The position numbers were made by a program, and so were the translations under genes. Shown here one piece after another: positions 27,923 through 37,484 of a DNA stretch of 64,000 bases. The DNA comes from Dehalococcoidia bacterium (lineage in GTDB: Bacteria; Chloroflexota; Dehalococcoidia; Plut-88900): assembly GCA_965197585.1 (NCBI GenBank), contig OZ240215.1:576001-640000 (forward strand), read 5' to 3'. How positions within the stretch are numbered: position 1 is the first letter of the stretch; each line of letters opens with the position of its first letter. The notes beneath the pieces were generated by a model. It did no database searches. It had not been told where the DNA came from and was given only the letters and a program-made list of their open reading frames with translations.

Positions 27923-28677
27923 TTCGCGTTCCTTCCTCCGTCTATGACCATCGCCGCCCCCGACACGTACGCCGCATCATCCGACGCCAGGTACACGATA
28001 AGCTTGGCTATGTCCTCCGGCTGTCCGGGTCGGCCCACGGGTATCCCAGCCGCCACCTCGTCGAATATCCCCGCTTTGCCTTCGACCCCTTGAGCCCCCG
28101 GCGTGTCCACAAGCCCCGGGATCACGCTGTTTACACGTATCCCCTTATCGCAGAACTGGCTGTTTGTAGTCTTGGTGAGCTGGATAACCCCAGCCTTGCT
28201 CACTGCGTACGGCAAGGAAAACGCGCTCCCCCGCAGCACGACTGACGAAGAGACGTTTACTATCGCACCGCCACCCATTTTCAGCATCTCAGGGATCACG
28301 TACTTGCAGCATAGGAAGGGCCCTTTGAGGTTGATGTCGAGCACAGTGTCCCACTCCTCCTCCGTCACCTCGGGCAGGTCGGGGGCCTGGACCTGGAGCG
28401 CCGCCGCATTGACCAGCACGTCGATCTTCCCGTATTCCTCGATCACCCTCTTCACTGCAGCCTCCACCTCGGTGGCCTGGGACACGTCTGTCTCTATGAA
28501 AGTAGCTGAGCCCCCCGCTTCCTTTATCGCCGCAACCGTGCTCTCGCCACCTTCCATGTGAATGTCGAGTATCGCCACCCGTCCCCCCTCCCGGGCGCAC
28601 TCCTTTGCCGTCCCGCTCCCGATACCCAGGCTCCCGCCCGTCACGACGCACACTTTGCCGTCTAGTTTGCCTGCCAT
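27919..28677 (-). CDS. Short-chain dehydrogenase/reductase
   Basis: TGGSLGIG, NAA, SS, YAVSK, PG motifs; AGGA RBS before ATG 28677. Confidence 0.93.
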   Translation of the reverse strand: MAGKLDGKVCVVTGGSLGIGSGTAKECAREGGRVAILDIHMEGGESTVAAIKEAGGSATFIETDVSQATEVEAAVKRVIEEYGKIDVLVNAAALQVQAPDLPEVTEEEWDTVLDINLKGPFLCCKYVIPEMLKMGGGAIVNVSSSVVLRGSAFSLPYAVSKAGVIQLTKTTNSQFCDKGIRVNSVIPGLVDTPGAQGVEGKAGIFDEVAAGIPVGRPGQPEDIAKLIVYLASDDAAYVSGAAMVIDGGRNAK

Positions 28678-28702
28678 TTTCGCTTTCCTCCCTGTCCCGT
28701 TC

Positions 28703-30313
28703 CTAACCCTCGTACACCGACTCCCCACCCACCATCGTCATTTCGACTGGTATGTCCTTGATGCTGAATGGGTCCACTTCGGTCAAGTCTTGGCCCAAGA
28801 CCACCAGGTCGGCCAGCTTGCCCGGCGCAATCGACCCCTTTGTCTCCTCCTCGAAGGAGGCGTAGGCCCCGTTCAACGTGTAAATCTTCAGCGCCTCCTC
28901 AATGCTCACTTTCTGGTTCGGGCCCCAGACCCGACCCTCGCTATCCGTCCTAGTAACGCAGCACTGTATCCCCAGAAGTGGCTCGAAGGGACTGGCCGTA
29001 AAGTCAGACGCCCCGGTGCACGTGATCCCGTGGTCCAGGAACGACCGATGCGCGAACATCCACCTGGCCCGCTCCTCGCCATAGAAGTGCATCTTCTCCC
29101 CGTGTTGATAAGCGTATGCCCCGAAGGGTGTCGGGACGACGCCCAACGCCTTTATCCTTCTCAATAGGTCGGGATTCATCACGGTGCAGTGCTCTATCCG
29201 GTGCCGTGCCCCTTGCCTCGGGTAGGCTTCCTGCGCACGCTCGAAGCCCCGGAGAGTCATGTCGATGGCCGCGTCGCCGTTGGAGTGTACGCAGGCCTGG
29301 TAGCCTGCCTCGTGGATATGCCGGATCTTTTCGTCCAGTTCTTCCTGTTCGAACAGCATCAGCCCGTGGTCGTTACTTCCGACATACGGCTCGCTTAGAT
29401 AGGCCGTCCGAGTGGCTGTCCCGCCATCGTTGGTCAGCTTGATACCGCCCCACTTCAGCTTGTCGTCTCCTAGGCCCGTCCTTATGCCCGCCTTCCGGAA
29501 TGCCTCGAAATAGTTCTCATGCACAAGCATGTAGACCCGTAGCAGCAGCTCGTCCCGCTCCCATGCGTCCTGGTACACGCTGACTTCGTCGGGCGTGACC
29601 ATCGCATCATGTACGCTGGTCAGGCCTGCGGCCGCGTACATTCCGGTTATCGTTTTGAGGCCCTGCCGACGCTCCTCCGCACTCACCTGCGACATGAGGA
29701 AGAATCGGATTCGCTCCTCTCCTGCCTCGTACAGCACGCCGTTGGGCTCCCCCGACTCCGGGTCTTTCTCGTAAGGACCCGAGATCGGCCCCGCCGAGTC
29801 CCGCGTCACCCCGAATTCCTCCAGCCCCTTCTCATTGACCGAACTCTTGAGCCCGGCCCGGTGCGTTACTATCACCGGGTGGTCCCGGCTGACCTCGTCA
29901 AGCTCCCAGCGGCTCGGCATCCGGCCTTCGGGGGTCTTGGTATCGTCGTACTTGAAGCCCATGACCCACTCGCCGGGCGGAGTCTCCCTTGCCTTGAGCC
30001 TCAATTCTTCCTGCACAAGCCCGATAGTCGGCAGCTCGCAGTCCACCATCCGGGACACGATTTTGCACCCCGTGCTCATTACATGGATGTGCGCATCTAT
30101 GAACCCGGGAACTACGGTCTTTCCCGCCAGGTTGATGACCTTCGTACCAGGCCCCGCCAGGTGCTCCACGTCCTTGTTCGCCCCAACAGCCACGAACTTG
30201 CCGTTCTTTATGGCCAGGGCCTCGGCGCGCGGGTTGTGGGAGTCAACAGTGAGAATGTTGGCGTTGACGATCAGCTTGTCGGGTGTCAGGGCTGGGGATG
30301 GAATAACAGCCAC
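28703..30313 (-). CDS. Amidohydrolase_3 (YtcJ-like), copy 2
   Basis: PGFIDAHIH, GIK, HSNGD, RIEH, ASD, GKLADLVVL. Confidence 0.92.
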   Translation of the reverse strand: MAVIPSPALTPDKLIVNANILTVDSHNPRAEALAIKNGKFVAVGANKDVEHLAGPGTKVINLAGKTVVPGFIDAHIHVMSTGCKIVSRMVDCELPTIGLVQEELRLKARETPPGEWVMGFKYDDTKTPEGRMPSRWELDEVSRDHPVIVTHRAGLKSSVNEKGLEEFGVTRDSAGPISGPYEKDPESGEPNGVLYEAGEERIRFFLMSQVSAEERRQGLKTITGMYAAAGLTSVHDAMVTPDEVSVYQDAWERDELLLRVYMLVHENYFEAFRKAGIRTGLGDDKLKWGGIKLTNDGGTATRTAYLSEPYVGSNDHGLMLFEQEELDEKIRHIHEAGYQACVHSNGDAAIDMTLRGFERAQEAYPRQGARHRIEHCTVMNPDLLRRIKALGVVPTPFGAYAYQHGEKMHFYGEERARWMFAHRSFLDHGITCTGASDFTASPFEPLLGIQCCVTRTDSEGRVWGPNQKVSIEEALKIYTLNGAYASFEEETKGSIAPGKLADLVVLGQDLTEVDPFSIKDIPVEMTMVGGESVYEG

Positions 30314-31915
30314 CTACGCCTCGTAGATCGCTTCGCCGCCCACCACCGTCATTTCGATGGGGATGTCCTTGATGGTGTGTGGGTCAACGGCGGTCGGGTC
30401 CCGGCCAAGGACGGTGAAGTCGGCGAGTTTCTCTGCGGTGATGGAACCCTTCAGGTTCTCTTCGAAGGAGGCGTAGGCACTGTGCAGTGTGTATATCTTC
30501 AACGCCTCTTCCACCGATATGCGCTGGTTCGCACCCCAGACGTTGCCGTTGATGTCGGTCCTTGTCACGCAGCTCTGGATCCCGAGCAGCGGCTCGTAGG
30601 GGCCCGGCGGGTAGTCCGTAGCTCCCGTCGCCACGACTCCATAGTCCAGGAACGACCGCTGCGCGAACATCCACTTCACTCGCTCTTCCCCGTAGTACTG
30701 CATCTTTTCGCCGTGGTAATAGACATAAGTGCAGAAGGGTGTAGCCACCGCTCCTAACGCCTTCATCCTGTTGAGCAACGACGGATTCACCAGCGTGCAA
30801 TGCTCCAGCCTGTGGCGAGTGTCCTGTCGAGGATTTGCCTTCTGCGCCTTCTCGTAGGCGGTCAGCACCATGTCGATGGTAGCGTCCCCGTTGGCGTGCA
30901 CGCAGACCTGGTAGCCCGCATCGTGGACCTCCCTTACCATCTCCTCCAGCTCCTCAGGGTCTATGGCCCGGATCCCGCAATCGCTGTCGCTACCCTCGTA
31001 GGGTCGGGACAGGTAGGCGGTGCGGGAGGCTATTGCTCCGTCACTCACCATCTTGATGCCGCCCAGCCGAAGCCGGTCGTCCCCGAAGCCCGTCTTCAAC
31101 CCCGACGCCTTAAACCCCCCGAAATACCTGTAGTGCACCAGCATGTACACCCGCAGGGGCAGCTCACCCCTCTCCCATGCTTCCTGGTAGATGGCTACGT
31201 CATCGCTGGTGACCAGGGCATCGTGCACGGAGGTCAGGCCCGCCGCGGCGAACATATTGCAAATAGTCTTGAGGCCTTCCCGGCGCACGTCGGGCGTTAC
31301 TTTCGACAACAGCTCGAAGCGGATTGGGTCGGCTGCCGTTTCGTACAGCACGCCATCCAGCTCACCGGTTGCTTCGTCCCGGCCGTAGCGTCCGCCCGGT
31401 GGGTCCGGCGAGTTCTTGTCAATGCCGAGGGCTTTCAACCCCATGCTGTTTGTGTAGTAGACGTGCCCCGCCCGGTGGGCCACGAGTATCGGGTGCTGGC
31501 CGGTGGAATCGTCCAGGTCCCGGCGATTGAGGAATCGGTTCTCTACCGTTTTCGTATCGTCGAACTTGAACCCCTGAACCCAGTCTCCGGCAGCCGTGTC
31601 CGCCGCCTTGAAGCGTATGGCCTCCTGGATCTCGCCTATGGACGGGAGGGCGCAGTCGGCCATTAAGGTGTGGCGAATCCCGCTGCTCAGGACGTGGATG
31701 TGGGCGTCGATGAAGCCGGGTACTACCGTGCTCCCCGCGAAGTCCATCTTTCGGGTGTGGGGCCCCGCCATGTCCTTAATCTCATCATTGTCTCCCACCG
31801 CCACGAAAGCGCCTTCCCTTACGGCGAAGGCCTGGGCCCGAGGCTTGTACGGGTCTACGGTTATGACATTGCCGTTATAGCCGATTAGATCTGGAATCAG
31901 ATGTTCCGAGGCCAT
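30314..31915 (-). CDS. Amidohydrolase_3 (YtcJ-like), copy 1
   Basis: PGFIDAHIH, GIK, HANGD, RLEH, ATD, KLADFTVL. Confidence 0.92.
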   Translation of the reverse strand: MASEHLIPDLIGYNGNVITVDPYKPRAQAFAVREGAFVAVGDNDEIKDMAGPHTRKMDFAGSTVVPGFIDAHIHVLSSGIRHTLMADCALPSIGEIQEAIRFKAADTAAGDWVQGFKFDDTKTVENRFLNRRDLDDSTGQHPILVAHRAGHVYYTNSMGLKALGIDKNSPDPPGGRYGRDEATGELDGVLYETAADPIRFELLSKVTPDVRREGLKTICNMFAAAGLTSVHDALVTSDDVAIYQEAWERGELPLRVYMLVHYRYFGGFKASGLKTGFGDDRLRLGGIKMVSDGAIASRTAYLSRPYEGSDSDCGIRAIDPEELEEMVREVHDAGYQVCVHANGDATIDMVLTAYEKAQKANPRQDTRHRLEHCTLVNPSLLNRMKALGAVATPFCTYVYYHGEKMQYYGEERVKWMFAQRSFLDYGVVATGATDYPPGPYEPLLGIQSCVTRTDINGNVWGANQRISVEEALKIYTLHSAYASFEENLKGSITAEKLADFTVLGRDPTAVDPHTIKDIPIEMTVVGGEAIYEA

Positions 31916-31952
31916 GTTCCACCTCCGATGCCCGGGCCGGGATTGTGAGTGG

Positions 31953-33092
31953 TTAGCCCGCGAGGGCCGGGACCCGGGCGAGAATTACTCCTCCGGCCAG
32001 TGCCGAGCCGATGACCCCTGCTACGTTGGGCCCCATCGCATGCATGAGAAGGAAATTGTCCGAGCGTTCGCTCTGTCCGACCCGCTGCACGACCCGAGCA
32101 GCCATTGGCACCGCCGATACTCCTGCCGCCCCTATCAAGGGATTAATCTTCCCACCCGACAGCACCTTCATCACTTTCCCGAACATCACCCCCGATGCCG
32201 TTCCGATTATGAAAGCCCCCAGCCCGAGGCCCAGTATCTTAAGCGTCTCAAGGTCGAGGAAACTCTCTCCCGTCATCGTCGAGCCTATGACGAGGCCCAG
32301 GAAGATGGTCACTATGTTTATAAGCGAGTTCTGAGCCGTGTTCGACAGCCTGTCCACCACCCCTGACTCCCTCATCAGGTTCCCGAACATGAACATCCCA
32401 AGCAGCGGTATCGCCTTGGGGGCCAGCAGCCCTCCGATTAACAGCACCATGATTGGGAACATAACTCGCAGGAGTTTTGGCACCTCTCTGTCAGTGTACT
32501 CCATGGGGATGCTGCGCTCTGCCTTGGTCGTCAGTAGTTTCATTATCGGGGGTTGGATCAAGGGCACCATTGCCATGTAGGAGTAGGCGGCCACAACGAC
32601 CGGGCCGAGCACATCGTTCTGGCAAGTCTCGGTGTCCGGGCAAAGTTGGCTGGCAACGAAGATGGTGGTAGGCCCGTCCGCCGAGCCTATGATGGCGATG
32701 GAACCGGCCTCCCTTAACGAGAAGTCCAGGGCTATGGCTGCCATCAGGCTAACGAAGATGCCGGTCTGGGCCGCGGCGCCAAGCAGCATCGTAGAAGGAC
32801 GCTGCAGCAGTGGCGTGAAGTCCGTCAGGGCCCCGAGACCCAGGAACATCAACAGCGGGAAGAGCTCGTTGTCCAGGCCGGCGCTCTTCAGCACCCCGAA
32901 CACCCCGTGCTCTCCCGTCACACCGCCAAGGGGAAGATTCGTCACCATTGCCCCCAGGCCGATAGGCAGCAGAAGCAGGGGCTCGAACTTGTGCTTGATA
33001 GCGAGGTAGATCAGGACTCCCCCGACGAGCATCATTACGGCATCTCGCCACTCGAGACCTAAGAATCCTTCGAAAAGCTCCTCTACAAGCAT
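31953..33092 (-). CDS. oadB: Na+-translocating decarboxylase beta subunit (OadB/MmdB/GcdB)
   Basis: EPLLLLPIG, IIGSADGPT, AAYSYMA, GAAGVSAVPMAARV, HAMGPNVAG. Confidence 0.93.
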   Translation of the reverse strand: MLVEELFEGFLGLEWRDAVMMLVGGVLIYLAIKHKFEPLLLLPIGLGAMVTNLPLGGVTGEHGVFGVLKSAGLDNELFPLLMFLGLGALTDFTPLLQRPSTMLLGAAAQTGIFVSLMAAIALDFSLREAGSIAIIGSADGPTTIFVASQLCPDTETCQNDVLGPVVVAAYSYMAMVPLIQPPIMKLLTTKAERSIPMEYTDREVPKLLRVMFPIMVLLIGGLLAPKAIPLLGMFMFGNLMRESGVVDRLSNTAQNSLINIVTIFLGLVIGSTMTGESFLDLETLKILGLGLGAFIIGTASGVMFGKVMKVLSGGKINPLIGAAGVSAVPMAARVVQRVGQSERSDNFLLMHAMGPNVAGVIGSALAGGVILARVPALAG

Positions 33093-33107
33093 ATTTGGCG
33101 TGTGGCT

Positions 33108-33428
33108 CTACCGGCCGCGCCGGCCTTCGGCCTCTTCCTCCTCGGTAAGGTAAAGAGCGACCGCAATGGCCGCGGCCCGCGCTGCCTTGTCTCGGGGGGC
33201 GCGCTCTGCCGAAGGAGCCTCTTCAGGCATGGCGGAGGGGGAGACAGGCGGTGACTCTATAGTTGGGGTGACGGTTGGGGCCGCAGCGACACGCGATTTC
33301 CCGATTCGGACCGCTCCCAGCTTGTCGATGGTCAGACGCAGGCCCAATGTCGCCCCGAACATGACGACCAAGGCCAGGAACACCATTCCCACGCCCAGGC
33401 CCGCTATTTCGAGCCCGTCAAGATACAT
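33108..33428 (-). CDS. OadG/MmdD-like decarboxylase anchor subunit
   Basis: N-terminal TM helix (GVGMVFLAL), Pro/Ala linker, AAAIAVAL; directly upstream of the beta subunit. Confidence 0.8.
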   Translation of the reverse strand: MYLDGLEIAGLGVGMVFLALVVMFGATLGLRLTIDKLGAVRIGKSRVAAAPTVTPTIESPPVSPSAMPEEAPSAERAPRDKAARAAAIAVALYLTEEEEAEGRRGR

Positions 33429-33520
33429 TCAGGACTCTCCCGATGTCGGGGTGGCCCGGGGGCCGGGTTTGCAACAGTGTTGTTCTCCGCATGAGTAAGA
33501 GGAAAACCGGGTTCAGGACT

Positions 33521-34072
33521 TCAGTTGTTAGCCCAGACCCCTTCGAAGAACTCCGGTGTAAGCTCGATTATAGAATCTGATATTTCTACCAGATCTTTCG
33601 ATTGATTCACTTCGAAGCAGGCCACTTCCACGAACTTGCCCATGTCCTTAACTGTCTTTACCGCATAGGCGAAATCCGCGTCCCCACTCACCAGGACGGC
33701 GGTGTCATACAGGTCTTTCCATGCTAGCTGGAGCATGTCTGTGGCAAGCATTATATCCACGCCCTTTTCCACCGCCACCCCTTTCCTGATCGCAGACCGG
33801 CCCAACTTCACTTCCAGGTAAGGTGTGTTGTGGAGCACCGAGAGGAACTTCTGCTGCTGCCCGAATCCCTGCGGCTTGCGTCTGCTGTCTTGGAGGACAT
33901 TGTAGTAATAGGTCCTCAGCAGATGGCGCCCCCGCAGCAATTTCTGCACGAACCTCGGGAAGTTCAGGTCCGTTCGTCTGCAGGACTCCTCCATGGCATG
34001 ATAAAGATTGCTTCCGTCGATGAAAATGGCCACTCTCGGCCTAAGATGGTTTCTGAAACTGTCGTCTAATAT
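33521..34072 (-). CDS. NYN (LabA/DUF88, PIN-like) domain protein
   Basis: IFIDGSNLY, EKGVDI, LVSGDADF. The start is either GTG 34033 or ATA 34072, which follows AAGGAG. Confidence 0.88.
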   Translation of the reverse strand: MLDDSFRNHLRPRVAIFIDGSNLYHAMEESCRRTDLNFPRFVQKLLRGRHLLRTYYYNVLQDSRRKPQGFGQQQKFLSVLHNTPYLEVKLGRSAIRKGVAVEKGVDIMLATDMLQLAWKDLYDTAVLVSGDADFAYAVKTVKDMGKFVEVACFEVNQSKDLVEISDSIIELTPEFFEGVWANN

Positions 34073-34416
34073 AAAGGTCTCCTTGGCCCTCGCTCAGGAT
34101 AGTGTGGCGGCGGGGCCGTGCGCCCGTGAGTATACCTTAGCGTTCAGGAAGCTACCAGTGCCCCAACCCAGCCTATCGTCACATGGAATACCAACGAGGC
34201 TCCCTTTCCGTTGTGTGCGCAGATGAACTGGCAAAAGCATCGACAAATTCGTGTCTCGTAGCTATCCTGTCCTTACCACCCCTATCGCTTCGCCGGTAGG
34301 GTCGAGACCGCCCTTTGAGGTGGTCTCTGTCTTTATTGAGAATTAGACACTGGAGATTGATAACCAACCTGCACTTCAATGGCGTCAAACGAATTGGTGA
34401 TGCTCCCAGCCCCGTC

Positions 34417-34445
34417 TTGAGGCTCTACCCACAGACGGCTATAAT
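34417..34445 (+). promoter_or_regulatory. Sigma70-type promoter
   Basis: TTGAGG-N17-TATAAT upstream of the CoA ligase gene. Confidence 0.6.
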
Positions 34446-34514
34446 ACCGGCGTTCCGGGGCTATAGCCTGGGAACGCCTCAGCCGATACCGCAACCTTTA
34501 TAAGGACAAGACTC

Positions 34515-35981
34515 ATTCAATCCATAACCCCCCTCGGCCCCGACTTCGCCAAGGCGTTCAACCCCAAGTCCGTAGCCTTAGTGGGCGCCTCCCGAGTCAC
34601 CTCGGCGAAGGGGCCCGGTTGGAGTAATCCCTCGGGCCAGTTCATCCCTTATCTCCTCAAGCTCGGCTATCCCGGCAAGATTTATCCCGTCAACCCCAAG
34701 GCCGACGAAATTCTCGGCCTCAAGTCTTACCCCTCTGTCTCCGCCCTCCCTGAGGTCCCCGAAATGGTGACCGTCTCCGTACCTGCCCGGTTCCTGGCAA
34801 CGGTGCTGGAAGACTGCGCCTCCGTCGGAGCGCTCAATGTCCACGTCTTCACCTCCGGCTTTTCCGAGACCTCCACGACCGAGGGCGTCGAGATGGAAAA
34901 GGTCGTCTGGGAGGTAGCCACCCGAAATGGCATCCGCGTCGTCGGGCCCAACTGCCTCGGCGTGCACTCTCCGGCGGCCCAGTTCTCCACCATCGGAGAT
35001 ATTACCAACAGGTCCGGTAGCGCCGCCTTTGTCGCCCAGAGCGGCGGGCATGCCATGGACTTCATATTCCGCGCCGCGGATGTTGGGATAGGAGTCAGTA
35101 AGGTAATCAGCTTTGGCAATGCACTGGTCCTCGAAAGCGCGGACTACCTTGAGTTCCTGGGCCAGGACGAGAGCACCAACGCCATTGGCATGTACATAGA
35201 GGGTGTCAGGAATGGCCCGAAATTGCTCAAGCTGGCTCGGGAGATCAACCCCCGTAAACCCGTAATCATCTGGAAGGGCGGCCTCAGCGAGTCAGGCTCA
35301 CGAGCCGCCGCCTCCCACACCGGCTCCCTGGCCGGTCAGGGCGCGATATGGAATGCCTTCTTCCGACAAACGGGTGCCGTCCGAGCCGGTTCCGTCGAAG
35401 AAGTCGTAGATGTTATGCAGGCCTTCAACCTCCTCCCCGCTCCTCGCAGCAACCGCCTAGCCATGATCGGCAGCGGTGGGGGCAACAGTGTCGCAGCCTC
35501 GGACATCTGCTCTGAAGAAGGCCTCGACATGGCTGAGCTGTCCTCCGAGACCAGCGCCCTCCTCCGAGAGTTCATCCCCGACGCCGGAAACAGCGTCCGA
35601 AACCCGGTCGACCTCTCATTCATGGCGAATGTCCGGGACAAGCAGCAACAGGCCGCGCGCCTCGTCACCGCAGACCCGTCCATCGACATGCTGCTAATGA
35701 TCCCCAGCCTAAACGAATACACCGACGTTACGTCCGAGCCTGAAAAGGCCGTTGCCACGGACTTCGCAGAGATCGCCAGGGACCATTCCAACGGCAAGCC
35801 TGTCGTCATCCTTTTGCCGGTCCGCATCCGGGACCCCCGCATCAAGATGGACTATCAGAAACTCCAGCAGGAGTTCTCCGAAGCGGGCCTCCTTGCTTAC
35901 ACATCGCTGCGCAGGGCATGCCGGTCCCTGGCCAAGTTCGTGCAGTACCACATGTTCCAGAGATCGCTTAGCTCGGGCTAG
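34515..35981 (+). CDS. NDP-forming acyl-CoA synthetase alpha-type subunit (CoA-binding + ligase domains)
   Basis: FNPKSVALVGAS (upstream of the tracked GTG), YPVNP, GPNCLG, QSGG, SHTGSLAG phospho-His, NPVD. Start probably non-canonical (ATT 34515). Confidence 0.88.
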   Translation: MQSITPLGPDFAKAFNPKSVALVGASRVTSAKGPGWSNPSGQFIPYLLKLGYPGKIYPVNPKADEILGLKSYPSVSALPEVPEMVTVSVPARFLATVLEDCASVGALNVHVFTSGFSETSTTEGVEMEKVVWEVATRNGIRVVGPNCLGVHSPAAQFSTIGDITNRSGSAAFVAQSGGHAMDFIFRAADVGIGVSKVISFGNALVLESADYLEFLGQDESTNAIGMYIEGVRNGPKLLKLAREINPRKPVIIWKGGLSESGSRAAASHTGSLAGQGAIWNAFFRQTGAVRAGSVEEVVDVMQAFNLLPAPRSNRLAMIGSGGGNSVAASDICSEEGLDMAELSSETSALLREFIPDAGNSVRNPVDLSFMANVRDKQQQAARLVTADPSIDMLLMIPSLNEYTDVTSEPEKAVATDFAEIARDHSNGKPVVILLPVRIRDPRIKMDYQKLQQEFSEAGLLAYTSLRRACRSLAKFVQYHMFQRSLSSG

Positions 35982-36691
35982 CCCGCTCTTCCCAGGAGCG
36001 CGTCCAACACCCTCTTCGTATCCGACAGGTCTTCGAAGACGAACGTCGGGCCCAGCGCCCGCAGGGTCTCCGTGTCGCAGTGTCCCGTTGCCACCGCCAC
36101 CGTGTTGATCCCGTTTGCCTTTCCCGCTTCCACGTCCGAAGTCGAGTCACCGATGAGAAAGATTTCTCCTGGGTCGTAGACCCTACCCGAGAGAGCCTGG
36201 CACCTGGCTATGGCGTCAGCCACGACTTCCGTGCGGGTCATCCAGTCTCCCCCGAAACCTCCCTCGTGAAAATAGGTGTGCAATCCAAATCTACGCAGCT
36301 TGATGAAAGCCGCCTCCCTGAAATTGCCCGGCTCCAAACCCATATGCACCCCCGGCTCCCGTGACAGCGCTTCCAGCAATTCCTCCGCCCCAGGACACAT
36401 ATATCCATCAGTCCAGGTCTCCAGTCGTCTTACAAGGTGATCAAAGTAGACCGCCTTGAATTCCGATAGGTCTGGAAGTTCATCTGGATTGCCCTTTGTC
36501 AGTCCCCATTTCCTATACATCTCCGTCATAAGCGGCAAGTCTAGTCCGCCGCCAAATACGACGTCATTAAAGGCGCCGGGTATACCGTGCACCTGCTCAA
36601 AGGCGCTGTTCAGTGCGAGGAGGTTGCACCCGGTGGCGGTGATCAGGGTCAGGTCTACGTCGAAGAGGACAAGTCTTTGAAATCTGGACAT
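35978..36691 (-). CDS. HAD family hydrolase (phosphoglycolate phosphatase-like), copy 2
   Basis: FDVDLTL, IGDSTSD, AVATG; motif II Thr replaced (GLEPGN). Confidence 0.85.
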   Translation of the reverse strand: MSRFQRLVLFDVDLTLITATGCNLLALNSAFEQVHGIPGAFNDVVFGGGLDLPLMTEMYRKWGLTKGNPDELPDLSEFKAVYFDHLVRRLETWTDGYMCPGAEELLEALSREPGVHMGLEPGNFREAAFIKLRRFGLHTYFHEGGFGGDWMTRTEVVADAIARCQALSGRVYDPGEIFLIGDSTSDVEAGKANGINTVAVATGHCDTETLRALGPTFVFEDLSDTKRVLDALLGRAG

Positions 36692-36702
36692 TCCGCACTC
36701 AC

Positions 36703-37386
36703 CTAGCCTAGCAACGCGCCCAACACCTTCTCCGTATCCGACAGGTCTTCGAAGACGAACGTTGGGCCTAATGACTTCAATTTCTCCGTGTCGTAGTGCC
36801 CGGTCGCTACGGCCACCGAATTTATGCCGTTGGCCCGACCCGCCTCCACGTCGGAAATCGAGTCCCCGATGACGAAGATGTCCTCACGTTCGTACATCCT
36901 CCCCGAGAGTGTCTGACATTTGACTATTGCGTCGGCCACCACCTCGGGGCGCTCCGGGTGGTCTCCCCCGAACCCGCCTTCTTCGAAAAAGGTGACCAGG
37001 CCGTACTTACGCAGCTTGATGAAAGCCGACTCCCGAAAGTTTCCGGTGGCCAGACCTAACTGCACCCCGGCTCTCGAGTCCAGGACCCTAAGCAATTCCG
37101 GTATTCCCGGGTACACGATACCCATCTCCCAGTCCTTCAGCACTTGTTCCAGAAGTTCGAAATACCGTGCCTTGAAATCGCCGAGACGCCGGTCCCCCTC
37201 GGCCACTCCCCAGTGGGAATACACCTGATCCATTATCGACAGGTCCATCCGCCCCCCAAAGCTAATTCCTTCGAAGGCGTCATCAATGCCGTGCAGCTCT
37301 TGGAATGTATCGTTGAGCGCCTTTCGGTCACCGCCCCTGGTACTGATGAGGGTCTGGTCTACGTCGAACAAGATGAGTCTGTGCAA
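36703..37386 (-). CDS. HAD family hydrolase, copy 1
   Basis: FDVDQTL, GLATGN, IGDSISD; TTG start 37386 after GGGAGG. Confidence 0.88.
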   Translation of the reverse strand: MHRLILFDVDQTLISTRGGDRKALNDTFQELHGIDDAFEGISFGGRMDLSIMDQVYSHWGVAEGDRRLGDFKARYFELLEQVLKDWEMGIVYPGIPELLRVLDSRAGVQLGLATGNFRESAFIKLRKYGLVTFFEEGGFGGDHPERPEVVADAIVKCQTLSGRMYEREDIFVIGDSISDVEAGRANGINSVAVATGHYDTEKLKSLGPTFVFEDLSDTEKVLGALLG

Positions 37387-37484
37387 TCTTGACCTCCCGA
37401 ATTCCGGCCCAGTATAGCCGACGCCCTTCCACCATAGGCGATTTGTCCCTTGGCATATAATTGCCGCGTGGGAGGCCCGACGCC

